From positions 3,892,562 to 3,956,561 of the forward strand of contig BFEA01000030.1 of the NCBI GenBank assembly GCA_003427395.1: 64,000 nt of DNA. The letters run 5' to 3'. Made by a program: the position numbers and the translations under genes. The stretch comes from Chara braunii (Eukaryota; Plantae; Charophyceae). The notes below the pieces were generated by a model. The model was not told where the DNA came from. It saw only the letters and a list, made by a program, of their open reading frames with translations, and made no database searches. Positions 1-13,075 of the stretch are shown one piece after another (positions within the stretch are counted from its first letter, which is position 1; the number at the start of each line of letters is the position of its first letter).

Positions 1-1127
1 CGCTTCATTGACTCTTCGCAATAGCTGTTTGGTGCTTCGCATGAAGTGTGGGGCAGTAATAAGGCTTGGGCGTTGAGTGATAGGCGGCCCAGGGTCGTGT
101 GGTCACGCCAGGAAGCTATGTGGTGATATTAGGGATGTACGTTGGATGATGAGAGCTCACTGGCGTGACATTTAAGTCGAGATGGAACTGCATTTTGCTG
201 TTGGTTGTTCCGAGGCAAAGACAGGTCATCATAAATGCACATTAGGTTGCCGGTGAGAAATTTGTGGTCGGGGGCAACATTATGAGGTACGTTGCTCCCT
301 TCCTTATTTATCCTCTTCATCACTTCTTACTGTGAGGAAGTGAGCTCTGTCTTGAGAGTACTCTCAATATGAGGTGTTGCGAGCGCTCAACCTTGAGAGT
401 CGACATTCTTCCTGGGCAGCAAGCTGGTGGGAGACGGGCGATGCCTCTGAAGGGCTCTGGACGAAGCACTCAGGTAACGGTCACCATGCCAACCCGTTGG
501 GACTAGTACACGCATGCTTTGGCGCAAGTCCTTATCTGCGACGTTAAATAATTCATGAGGTCCTTGGGGGCTGTCTTTAAACGGCCTCTTGATCAACCAG
601 ATTAAACTGGGTGTAAGGCTTATTGCATGCGAGGGTAAATAAAGTGCAGGGGCTGGCTGGTTTGACATAGACTTGGGGCACAGAGGTGGGCCGGATTGCA
701 CACCTTCAGACACGCCTCTCAACCGGATGCTCAGGGTGTTGACACAAAGTGACAACTCAAGAAGGATACAGGGAAACAGTCTGAGGGGGATTCCGGTAAC
801 TGTTCATTATTTCATTAAATAGATAAACTGCTATCCAGCATACATCTCCACGTGTAAACTATTTTATTTTTGATTATTTAGTTGTACAGCCTAGCTGATA
901 GACAACTGTAGATAGGATATAAACTACCTTGCTGCATTGTAATCTATATTAGAGTAATCTAAAAATAAAACGTGTTATGTGTAGGATCTAACATTAGTTG
1001 TTACTCACCACTTAACTGTTTCTCTCCAGGCTGACCGAAAATAATCGTATATCATATTCGATTGGGTGTCACGCTGAGGTAGGGTTCAATGTGAATTTTA
1101 GTTTAGATCGCACTCCGCAGTAGCTCA

Positions 1128-4100
1128 TGAGTGAAGCTGCTAGTAGTAAGGAGGAGGAATTAGTGAAAGATCTTAGAGTCACTCGTAGAACTGCTCTCAG
1201 TCAACCTTTGACTTCCTAGAGTTAGGTCCAGGAGAGGAAAGGAGGCTGCAAAGAGAAGCTAGGGAGAGGGCGGCATTGCGGAGAATGAGGGACGCTCAGG
1301 CCAGTGTCAGAGGAGGAGTATAGCTAGCACAAGTGCGACTATGGTCACCTCTTCCACCATGTCACAGGCCTCTTCGTACGGAATCAGCCAGAGTGTCTAT
1401 CAAGTTTCCGTTAGCCAGACTGTTGGTTTGCAAGTTAGCCAACAGACTCAACTCATACCGGAGGATTATGAGATCCTCCAAGCCGAAGAGCTTTATGACG
1501 AACTGTAGCGGCAGTTAAGAGAGGCAGCAACGAGGAGACAACGTGCTATCTTGAGAAAAGCTAGACTAGGGAGTAGGAGACAGGAGTTAAGCAAATTAGA
1601 AGCCCAAGTTAGCGTGCAACAACCTGTCTCAGTGGCCATGCCGCCACTGCAACAGTCACCTGGGCCAATCCAGCCTATGCAATGGATGCCCAAGATACCC
1701 TTGTTGAGTCCTAAACCCTCCTCTGGCGACAGGAAGAAGGACGAGGACCTAGAGACCTGGGTGAGGACTGTGCCCACTTATGTGAGGCACAAGCTTACCA
1801 GGCTAGAGCAGGAAGTTATATTTGTTGCCTCCTTTTTAGAGGGATCGGTGACACGTTGGTTAAACAGGTTAGTGCAGCAACAGGGTTATGGTCAGAACTT
1901 CGATGCCTGGGCTCAAGCCCAGACATTGGAAGAGTTCATGCGCACTGTGTACAACAGGTGGCATGACCCCCAAGAGGCTTAGAAGACCACTGACGCGATT
2001 AACAATCTTTGTGCCAAAAGGTACAAGAATGTACGTGAAGTCATAGACGTTGTAGAACGTCTGATAATAGTACTTGGTGTGTGTTTTGATCTGTAGGTAC
2101 TCCTCACAGACTACTTGAGATGTCTACCCTCAGAAGTTAAGACTAAGCTGGTGGATGAGGCCGACATAGACCAACATAGCTTCGCTACGTTCAACAAGAA
2201 AGTCTTAGATATAGAGGCTAAGCTGGGATCTGCGCATCAGGGTCAAACAAATGGTAGGAAGAAGAGACTTCTCAAGGACTGGAAAAAGAAAGGTCAACTT
2301 ATGTTCGTCGACCTGACAGGGAAGCAGAAGGAAGGGCGGTCTACGAGTCAGGGTTACCAAGGACCACCCGCATGGGTAAAACTTGGTTTAGATTACGAGG
2401 TGTGGAGGGACTGAGTTGCCAGGGGCACATGCATGAATTGTGGCAACAATTGGCCACAGGTCGAGAACTTGCTGAGGCAAAAAGGTCACGACGAGGGTAG
2501 TTGCTCCAACGATAGTGGGCTTATCCTCGAACCCTGGTCGTGCTTCTGCGAGCACTTCGCAGGGAAACACCTCGGATCAGTAGGAGTGTTAGCCGCTTTT
2601 ACTCGCGCTGAAGTAGTAACGTTGCCTTCCCCACTTCAGGCATTGGCCAAGGCTAGTGACCTATGCATCGCCCCGTAGACACATTCAGATCCACGGACGC
2701 TCTGCTCGAGAGATGTGTCTGAGTTCCTAGAGGAGTTACAGTCTGAGTGGTCATGGAAGGACCCCAGAGACTTTTGGGCGATGATCAGTAGAGGTGCAAG
2801 GGGTGAACATTTCGTGGTAGAGGTTGATGTAGGTGGCTGCAAAGCGGGTGCCTTCGCAGACATAGGCTCTACACGGAATTTCATCAGTCGTGTTTATGTG
2901 GACAGACTGCGCTTAGGGGACCAAGTGCAGCAGCTTAGCAGAAATGTAGCTTCTACGCTAGCCAACAAGCACTAAAGGATAGTTAAAGACTATACCAAGG
3001 ACGTAGTCTGTTCCTTCTCTTATGGAGGAGAGGAAGTGAGACACAAAATCTCATTCCTCGTTAGCGACGAACTGTCGTTTGACATGTTGCTAGGTATGTA
3101 CTACCTCGAGGTCGCTCAACCTCGGTTCGATTGGGTTAGAAAGGTGTTGATCCACAAGTTGCTCAACGGTAGAACCGTTAGATTCCAGAAGTTTAAAGCT
3201 AGCAGTCTAGTGGAAAACTACGGGTGCATGTGCGCAACATCCTTCTATAACTACTATAAGCAGAACCACGAGGAAGGCATGTATCTAGTCTTTGTCTCTG
3301 AAAAAAGGGAGACCGTAAAATCATCCCCAGAGATAGAATCGGTCATCGCACAATATTCCGACCTTTTTTAGGAGCCCACATGCGTGGTGAAAAGCGAGGT
3401 GGTCCATACGATAGAGGTTGTCCCAGGTAGTAAGGTGTCTAGAGGGCGAATTTATAGGATGTCTCCTGCAGAGTTAGATGAACCTCGCCGCCAGCTCAAG
3501 GAGCTCACGGAAAAGAGATGAATTCGGCCTAGTACCTCTCCTTACGGTGCGCCAGTTTGATTTGTCCCTAAGAAGGGAGGTACCTTAAGGATGTGCATTA
3601 ACTATAAGGCCCTCAATGCCATCACTGTTAAGAACGCAGAGACCCTACCCCGCATCGACGACCTATTGGATAGAGTGCAGGGATGTCGGTACTTTACTGA
3701 GATAGATCTAAAGTCCGTATACCATCAAATTGCCATTAGACATGAGGACCAGCATAAAACCGTTTTCAGACCACGTACGGTTTGTACGAGTTTGTGGTGA
3801 TGCCTTTTGGTCTATGCAATGCACCTAAGACATTCCAACACGCCATGAATACGATATTTCATGAGTACTTAGAGAAGTTTATCGTCGTGTACCTCCACGA
3901 TATCCTTATCTTTAGTAAGACTGTAGAGGAGCACGCTAAGCACTTGAAAATAGTGCTAGGTCTCCTAAGACAACACTAATACAAGGTAAAATGGAAGAAA
4001 TGCGAGTTTGGGTGCACCAAGATCTTGTACTTGGGTCATGAAATCTTTGCAGATGGGTTGAGGTCGGACGATGCCAAGTGGCTAGCATATGGTATTGACC

Positions 4101-5047
4101 CAAACCTCAAACTGTTACTGAGATCCGATCGTTTTTTGGTATGACGGACTACCATCGTCCGTTTGTTAAAACCTATAGTACTATAGTTTCCCCATTAACA
4201 AATCTAACTCGACTTGACAAACCTTGGGAGTGGACTGAAGAGTATGAAGCAAGCTTTAAGAAATTGAAGTATGCTCTGACACACTGCGAAGTCCTCAAAC
4301 TTTCGGATCCTGATAAGCCATTTGTCGTGATCATAGACGCAAACCAATATGGCATAGGTGCGGTCCTTGCGCAAAACGCGGGGCCAAGTTGAGACCCATC
4401 GAGTACATGAGTAAGAAGATGTCATCTCAGAAACTGACAAAGTCCACATATGAGCATGAGCTCTATGCCCTCTACAGAGCGCTGGTCCATTGGAGACACT
4501 ATCTCCTAGGCATATTTTTTTACTTGAGATCTGACCATGAGACTTTGCGTTGAATTAAGACGCAACATGTGCTCTCTGACGCACTCAAGCGGTGGATTCA
4601 AATGATAGGCATGTATGATTATCAACTTGATCCAATCAAGGGGGAGTACAACAAAGTGGTTGATGCTCTATCACGTCGGGCAGATTATCTGGGCATACTA
4701 GTGACTAAATTTGGCATATGTACGATTTGACTCGATCATTGGTGAAAGCCTATCAGCAAGATCCAGTTATGTCTGAGATCATTCGTAAATTTCAAGCGAA
4801 GGACAAAGTGACTTCGGACGAATTTACAATGGTAGATGACTTACTGTTTTTTTAGAAGGCAGGGAATAAAAGACTGTGTGTGCCAAATAGAGAGTCTTTG
4901 CGTAATTTGTTTTATGTGAATGTCATAATGCAACTGGTCATTTCGGCTTAGGAAAACTTCATCTAACTTAGTGCAGAAACTCTGGTGGCCTTCTACGATG
5001 GAAGATGCCAAGAAGTATGTCAAAACCTGCCAGGTTTGTCAATGGAT
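1128..5047 (+). mobile_element. Ty3/Gypsy LTR retrotransposon, decayed 5' part (gag, protease, RT, RNase H, integrase zinc finger)
   Basis: Broken ORFs in gypsy order: gag-like 1551-2414; zinc-knuckle remnant CMNCG ~2430; protease motif FADIGSTRNF ~2850; RT motifs MCINYKALN, LPRIDDLLD, MPFGLCNAP and YLHDILIFS (YLDD mutated) 3591-3979; RNase H IIDANQYGIGAVL ~4330; integrase KYVKTCQVCQ ~5015-5042. Many stops and frameshifts. Confidence 0.95.
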
Positions 5048-5715
5048 AGAAAAGACCACATCTTTGTCTTCCGAGTGCGGGTCATAGAGCGCTTTTATCG
5101 TTGTTCTCATACCGAATAATTTTTTGTCCATGAAACCTTCCTTTTGATACTGTGTCATTCGTCCTCTAATACATATACCTTCCCAATGTTATGAGGCAAA
5201 GGTTTGAAGACGTTGTTGTAAGACTTGCATCTCTGGGTTCCTTCCTGGTTGTATGCATTAGTTGTTGTTTGTGTCATTGTCTGTTTTTTTTAGCTGGTCT
5301 TGTAGTTCAAGTTGTTGATGTTGTTGGTGAATATCCATGTTCTACTAATGGCTTATGACCGATAGTTGTTTTGAAAATTCTTGGCATTTTTTTCCCAAGT
5401 AAAAGAGGCCATCATTGAACCAGTCTATTTCATGCGGGATATGTTGTTTTTGTGTATGCCAAAACGTCCAATAATCCTTGATATAGCTCCGCACCATTTC
5501 ATATCGTAAGATGGATACATTAAGTTTATAAAACCCAGACCCGTGGTCGGGTTTCTTTCGAAAGGATAAGATCACTGCGCACATTTTGTGGTCGAGACCC
5601 GGATATGGGTCAGCCGACAGTATTGCTGTCAGCAGCAATGCTCCTGCAAGATCCTCCGAAAGAAGGTTCAAGTCAATTTTTGATCGTGTCTGACTCTCGG
5701 TCCCGATCTTGCGTA
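5046..5715 (-). mobile_element. LINE (L1/Tx1-type) ORF2 fragment, inverted copy
   Basis: The reverse complement aligns with the plus-strand LINE at ~6800-7030 joined to 9000-9455 (SDHK-like GLDHK and GFYKLNVSIL motifs). It lacks the 7031-8999 insertion. Confidence 0.85.
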
Positions 5716-7033
5716 ATCTGATTGTAGAATCTTAATATGTCAGCATGATCCATGGGGACTATTTCACGTTTTGCCGTAGGTATAAAGTCTCCTTTCAAAA
5801 ATTCATGTTCTCGCAGTGTACTTAACAATTTTCTGATGGGTGCATCCAACTCCAATCTTTTCCTTTTTTCGTACCTTTGTCAACTGACCCCAACAAAATT
5901 TTGCAAATAAATGTTTACATTCGCTACGACCCGGTCAAGGAGGCGGGCTTGATATGACACTCTCATTCTCAATTGCTGGGCATGCAAATAGTTAGGATCA
6001 GACCTGGACAAAACAAGACATCGAGAGATTCTTATGTGCTCTTCTCAGACCGGGCCTCCGAGCGGGAACTACGGATTGGGAATTGGAACAGCTGCCCTGA
6101 ACCCGATTGTAAAAAAACACTGTCACGGAAATGAACCCAGTTAAGGCGGTATATGCAAAGGACCGTGTCCGGAGCCAATGTCGAAGTGCGACGGATCTCG
6201 GCATGCGGTCCCTAAACGTAAATAGCCTTGCATCGTGCGAATCTCAAAAGAAGAATGCAATATGGGATTTGATGAGAGGGGTGGGGGGCAGGGACTGGGC
6301 GGATGTAGTGTGTATCTAGGAAACCCACCTGATGGACTCCCCGAGGAATAGTCGCATCCATAAAATGGTCTGGCCATATAAAGCATTAAGAGTCCATGCC
6401 CCCAGACATGGGAGCGCAGGGGTAACCATTTGGATTCCCCTCGAATTTCGAGCAGACCCGGTGCACTGTGTAGCTGACCAGGAAGGGGGCAGATGGGTGT
6501 CAGTCCTAGTCACATTAGAATTAAAGATCGTATGCATATTGTGCATCTACGCCCCTAACACAGTGAGCGAGAGAAGAACCTTTTTCGAAAAAATCAAAAC
6601 GCAGGTCGCGGACGGCGTTCCGGTCATTATAGCAAGGGACTAAGCCCCGGACCGCTGGATGGATAGATGGAGGATACCCTCCCTGCTCCCAGTGTATGTG
6701 GAGAAGGATGAGAGGATGGTAAGAGAACTAAGCCTCTCACTAAACGTCTTCGACTCCTTCTGGAGACTCAATCTAGATAAGTGTTTTTTTTCATCTTTAC
6801 GCAAGACCAATACCGAGAGTCAGACACGATCCAGAATTGACTTGATCTTGCTTTAGGAGGATCTAGCAGGAGCATTGCTACTACCAACAATACTGTCGGC
6901 TGGCCCATCTTCGGGTCTCGACCACAAAATGTGCAAAGTGATTTAGTCCTTTCGAAAGGAACCCGACCACGGACCTGGGTTTTATAAACTTAATGTATCC
7001 ATCCTACGATATGAAACGTTCCGGAGCTATTAA

Positions 7034-8666
7034 GCTACGTGACACCCGCGGCCTAGGCCGCGGGCAATTCAGCCGCTGTGGCCGAAAAAGTCGGTCGCGG
7101 CCGCGGCCGATGAGGCCCAGTCCGCGGCGTATTTTTTTAATATATATTTTTTTACCCCTAAAAATACGTAAAAAAAATAATAAAAAATATAGGGGTGTAG
7201 GTTTTGAAAAACCCTACAATCCTATATTTTTAATTTTGGAATCGGACTTCGTTTAAGATTAAAAATAAAATAAAAAACAAAATTTAATTCAAACAAAATA
7301 TATATATTTTATATATATATACAGGGTTACCTGACGTTCGGGGGCCCCCGAGCTGGCCCCCGAACGTTCGGGCGTTCGGGGTCCCGTTTGGGGGCCGAAC
7401 ACCTCAAGGTTCGGCCCCCGCCAAAAAATATTTTAGAGCTTACAAATAAGTTTTTTTTTCTGAATTTTTTTTGTGAGTTTTCTATGACGTAACCTACACG
7501 CCTATAAATTTTGAAGCCATTCTGCTAAGCCAAAAAAACATTAAAAATCGTCAAAGATGGGGGTGTCAAAACGTGCTCGCCCACTCACTATTTTGTTTTT
7601 TTTCACTTTTCACTTTTTGTTTTCACTTTATTTCGGGGCCTAAACAATTTTATTATTTTTTGAAAAATTTTTAATGANNNNNNNNNNNNNNNNNNNNNNN
7701 NNNNNNNNNNNNNNNNNNNNNNNNNNNNNNNNNNNNNNNNNNNNNNNNNNNNNNNNNNNNNNNNNNNNNNNNNNNNNNNNNNNNNNNNNNNNNNNNNNNN
7801 NNNNNNNNNNNNNNNNNNNNNNNNNNNNNNNNNNNNNNNNNNNNNNNNNNNNNNNNNNNNNNNNNNNNNNNNNNNNNNNNNNNNNNNNNNNNNNNNNNNN
7901 NNNNNNNNNNNNNNNNNNNNNNNNNNNNNNNNNNNNNNNNNNNNNNNNNNNNNNNNNNNNGTCCGCGTTCGGCCCGAACGGCCGAACGCCTCCCGCAGGG
8001 GTCCCGCACATTCGGGCGTTCGGGTTCGGGCGTTCGGCCCGTCCCGAACGCCGGTAACCCTGCATATATATATATATATATATCGTCACAAATAGAACTG
8101 CCCTGTAAACCGTAGGGAGAGAGAGAGAAGAGGACAACAAACGAGGGGCTGTGACAAACTGTTTCGTCGGAGTTTCACCGACTCATATATATATATATAT
8201 ATCATCAAATAGAACTGCCCGGTAAACCGTATATATATATATATATATATTATGAGGGATATGGTCCCTAAGTTGTGCTGTATTTGTTTTAGAAATGAAT
8301 TTCGTTTTTTTGTAAGGAAATTAGGTGTTTAAAAAAAATGAAGATGCAAAAATTGAAAACAAATTAAAAAAAAAAGGGTTTGATTGATTGATTGAATGAT
8401 GTGTGTGTGTGTGTATGTGTGCGTGTGCCAAGCAGAGAGCTCAAACGCACCAAGATTTCATCCAAATAAGAGCGAAGCAACAAACTCGTTTGCCAATGTT
8501 ATCGCAACGAGTTGCGCAGAGGTCCAGATAGTCATGTACCAAGAAGCTCGAACGCACCAAGATTTCATCGAAATAAGAGCACAGCATCGAACGTGTGTGT
8601 GTGTGTGTGTGTATGTGTGCGCGCGCGCGCGTGTGCCGAGGAGGGGAGGTAGGACCCCTCCGCCGC

Positions 8667-8697
<31 letters not shown>

Positions 8698-8699
8698 CA

Positions 8700-8746
<47 letters not shown>

Positions 8747-8999
8747 AAAAAACAATCAATCAATGAATTTTTTTTTTAATTATTTTTGCTACCTACCAAC
8801 CCCTTCCCTCCCCTCCCCATTTTTATTTTTTATATTTTTTATATTTTTTTATGTAGGCCTGTAGTCGCCGACGTGCGCTAGCCGTGCGCGCGCATTTTTC
8901 CCGCCAGCGCCCCCGCCGGGCCGTGGCGCGGATCCGCGCAAACTCAGCCGTGCGACCTCGGCTGCGGCCGTAGGATCCGAGGCCAACAGTGTCACGTAG
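7034..8999. mobile_element. Non-autonomous DNA transposon, PIF/Harbinger-like termini, inserted in the LINE
   Basis: TIR CTACGTGACAC (7035-7045) / GTGTCACGTAG (8989-8999), preceded by TAA. Removing it restores the LINE sequence GGAGCTAT|ATCAAGGA seen uninterrupted in the inverted copy at ~5475-5490. Confidence 0.75.
7322..8062. mobile_element. hAT-like MITE nested in a (TA)n tract
   Basis: TIR CAGGGTTACC (7322-7331) / GGTAACCCTG (8053-8062). Many subterminal CGAAC/GTTCG motifs at both ends. Spans an N gap. Confidence 0.75.
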
Positions 9000-11900
9000 A
9001 TATCAAGGACTGTTGGACGTTTTGGCATACACAGAAACAACATATCCCGCATGAAATAGACTGGTTCAATAACGGACGCTTCTACTTGGGAAAAAAATGC
9101 CAAAATTTTTCAAAACAACTAGCGGTCAGAAGCCATCAGCAGGAGATGGACATTTACCAACAACTCCAACAACTTGAACTACAAGACCAACTAAAAAACC
9201 CAGACAATAACGCAGACAACAACCAATACACACAACTAGAAAGGAACCCAGAGATGCAAGTCTTACAATAACGTCTTCAAACCTTTGCCTCACAACGTTA
9301 GGAAGGTGTATGTATCAGAGGACGAATGACACGGTATCAAAAGGAAGGCTCAATGGACAAAACATTATTCGGTATGGCCCGAGCACGTACGCACATAACA
9401 ACTATAGAAGCACTTTATGACCCGCACTCGGAACACACAGATGTGGTATGTTCTACACCCCAATGCATGCAGATAGCAAGATCCTTCTTCAAAGACCTTT
9501 TTACCTCCAGGTGTGCCAAACAAGAGAAGGACTTTAGAGAAAAGGAAATCGTAGAATTCTTGGAACCAATGGGAAAAACCTTGACGTACCAACAAAAAAT
9601 GGATCTGGATCAGTCTCTATCCAAATAAGAAATATGAACAGCAATGATGCAGATGAATGAGGAAAAAAATTCGGCGCGGACGGATTCCCCAAGGAGTTTT
9701 GGGAAACTTTCTGGTCCCAGATGACCCAGACCTCATGGAATTTTATCGACAAGTATGGGAGAGACGGGGAATATGGGAGAGCTGGTGGGGCAAGGTATCC
9801 TTATGTTGTTGCACAAAAAAAGAAAGAGGATGAATATAAAAAACTACCGCCTAATAACATTGCTTACTGTTGTTTATAAGATCCTAGCGAAAACCTTGGC
9901 GAATCGTCTGATCCCGGTCTTGGACCAGATCATCCACCCGACACAGACAGGCTTTGTCAAAGGCCGTAGAATCCAAGATAATATTTTACTGGTTAATGAA
10001 CTGCTCAAGTTAACCAGACAGAAGAAACAAAACGCGGCTGTGTTCTTCATTGACTTTGAAAAAAACTATAATCACGTGGACTGGCTGTTTTTGGACCTTT
10101 GCATGGAAAAAATGAATATAGGACCGACCTTCCACCGCTGGACCAAAATTTTGCATCACAATGCAACCACAAGTGTCCAAATAAATGACAGAGTAGCTCC
10201 GGCATTTCCGCTACAACGGTCAGTCCGTCAGGATGATCCCTTGGTACCTTTTCTGTTCATAATTGTGATGGAGGCACTGGCAGCGAACCTTGACGCAAAC
10301 AAAGACCTGAGGAAGCTGCAAATCTCGGACATCCCAGAAGAAGCGATCCCCATCTGTTCGATGTTTGCAGATGATCTGACACTCATAGCAGATACCACCA
10401 CCGAGAACATGGAAGAAATCAGACGACTTTTTGATAAATTTACGGCAGTTTCAGACATGACAGTCAATTGGTAAAATAAAACCCTGTGGTGGTGGATTCA
10501 CCACCACAGGGCGCGCCCTCCGAAGCTGCCACAAGTTAAATGGCTTCCGGAAACGGCCCCGGTGAGAGTGCTAAGAATTATGTTGACAGCAACAGGAAGA
10601 CCTGCGTTGAATGACGATTGAATCCTTAAACCCACCCTGGAGAAGCCGACACTCCTTAATTGGCAGGGCGTTGGTGCTCATTAGCGTGGTGCTGGCTGCC
10701 CTATGGTACAAATCCGCAATATGGGCGCTTAGCAAAGAAGCAGAGCGGTCTCTCAAGCGGCAAATAACAGCTATGCTGTGAAGAGGCAATAATGAGCTTC
10801 TAAACGTGATCAACAAGGTGGCGTGGCTGTTAGTAATCCAACCCAGGGACAAAGGGGGTTTGGGGATTCTGAATCCGGCCACCCAGCTCTCAGCACTAAT
10901 GGTGCAATGGATTAGGAGACTAGTATTTATAAGGGACCTTCCTTGGTATGCCTTGGCACTAAAACAGATCGCTCGACTAGCTCCGCAAACACCGCAAACA
11001 ATACCCCCCCTGACCTGGCTGGAAAACCGCTTCTGATCCATATCTCGACGCTCCCGCACTGGCCAGACCCCGAGCCGGGGCGCAGCCCGCCGCGACCTCG
11101 CCAAAGATGACTTTTGGATATGCTGCTTGAAAGCCTGGCGCCAACTCCCGATGCCAGATAGACGTGGATCAGCCAGGTGGGAGGAGGTAGCATGTCAACC
11201 ACTCTTTGGGAACAGAAATGTCACCGACCGAAACCGAAGGGTATACAACAGTTCGAATTCCCCATGAAACAAATGGGTAAAAAATGACGTACTAAAGACA
11301 TATGAGATCTTAGAGTTAAAGACATTTGAGATCCAAAAAACAAAGATTGAAAAATGGTGCCACAGATGAGGAGGTTACTGGAACACTGTCATAATATCGA
11401 AAAGAACTTGGAAGAACTGATCTTCGCAATCCCTCTAGAATGGGTGCGCATTCTGCGTAAAGGTCCGAAGTTGGTAGAAGGAGACTGGGTAACCATTCTC
11501 GGGGACCCGGAGAGTGTTGGCAGGTACACACTGACGAAATGCTGATTAACCTCTTTCACAAAGAAAGGGACAACAGGTTTATCAGATACACCCCGGACGT
11601 GACGAGATGGTGGCAAAATACTGATCTGCACAGGATCCGGGTGCTACGAGATAAGGATGATTGAATAGCATACCAGTCGGAGACCTGTATTGCAGATCTC
11701 CCCTTTGACCCTGAGGAGTGGCAATGACCCCCAGCGCGCAAAACCCAGGAAACAAAGAATGTAAAGCTGCACAGCCTTACGGTGAAGACCACCTACTGTT
11801 TACTGCGCCCCAAGGTAAATTTGAAGAACAATGTGAAGACCCGTTGGAGGTCTCATTTAAATATGGGGGTAGAGGCCATCCGCCCCATTCGGTGGTTCTC

Positions 11901-13075
11901 CCTCACGAGGGCCAGACCCGCAAAACTGGCCTCACGGCAGTGGCAGATAGAACACCGTTGCCTCCCCACAAACGATTGACTAATAAATCGCACACACCTG
12001 GATCACAAAGGACTGACGCTCCCGTGGTGCAAGTCGTGCCACACGGCGTTCCCCTCCCGCAAGATACTGAAAACCATAGAACATATATTCTTGCAATGTC
12101 CGGGGGCTATCCTAATATGGCGATGGTGGGACAAAATCTGAAACCTATTGGACACCGGGTCGACCTGGCCACGGGACTGGAGGGCAATACTATGTGAGGC
12201 ATGAACCTCCCCCTCAGGTAGCACCTTCAAAAACAACATATTTAAGATAGGGAGGAGAGCCGTCATGTGGGCTATCTGGAGGAGACGGTGTATACACGCC
12301 ATGAAAGAGGTCCGCACAGCCGGGGAGGAAATGACAGACATGATTAAACAATATATACATCAAGAACTGATGGTACAATGGCAGAAAGTCAAAAATCGGC
12401 TAGATCTGTTTCAAACTCATAAAGATATAAAACAAACAATCCAACAATTCTCAGGGGACTGGCTGGGCGGCGAGGACGGGGGCTGAATCGCCTTCATCAA
12501 GTGGGAGGGCGGTCATGCCCAGGATGGCAACGGAGGCATTCAGGAGGGCAACAGGGAGACGATAAAAAAGGATTATCAGATCTGCTTCAAAGATTGGACA
12601 ACAGTGGGTCAAGGAATCCCGCTACGGCCGCCCTCGGATTTTCCCGATCCCTTTCTGCCCCACCAGCTGGCTATGGTGGACATGCAATGGTATGGAGTAA
12701 AGTGAGCAGGACAGCAGCAGGTGGATTACAAGAGCTAGGCTATGTCATTTGGGCGACAGCGACCATGATTCCCGAAAATCTTGCTTTATTCTCTGAAACC
12801 TGTCTTCATTCGATCATCCGCTCCCTTATTGTCCTCATGTGCCGGCCCCTTTCATCTGCCCTGCTCAGTCAATCCTTTGGACCCCAGAGTAATCAATGCT
12901 GGCAGGTGTATCCTCTATTTTCATTCTGTATATGGGACGCTGGACCCGCTTTCCAGCAGGTGTTGCTCCCCACCAATAGACGAAGCCTCTCCCCTGGTGC
13001 TGGTGGTGTCCGCCCTTACCAGCACCGCTAGCACTGGAGGGGGTGTTTGCAAAAAAAAAAAAAAAAAAAAAAAAA

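Larger units (their letters stand above)
5920..13075 (+). mobile_element. L1/Tx1-type non-LTR retrotransposon (APE endonuclease + RT), decayed, with poly(A) tail
   Basis: APE motifs SLNVNSL, VCI*ETHL, IYAPN, SRIDLIL and LDHK (6200-6930). RT motifs NYRLITLL, QTGFVKGR, IDFEK, VRQDDPL and FADDL (9755-10474). C-terminal Cys/His region ~12030-12100. 25-nt poly(A) at 13051-13075. The 5' boundary is approximate. Confidence 0.92.

Noticed and set aside
1-1100. Possible 5' LTR and primer-binding site of the gypsy element
   Set aside because: No matching second LTR or clear tRNA-complementary PBS could be identified in the window.
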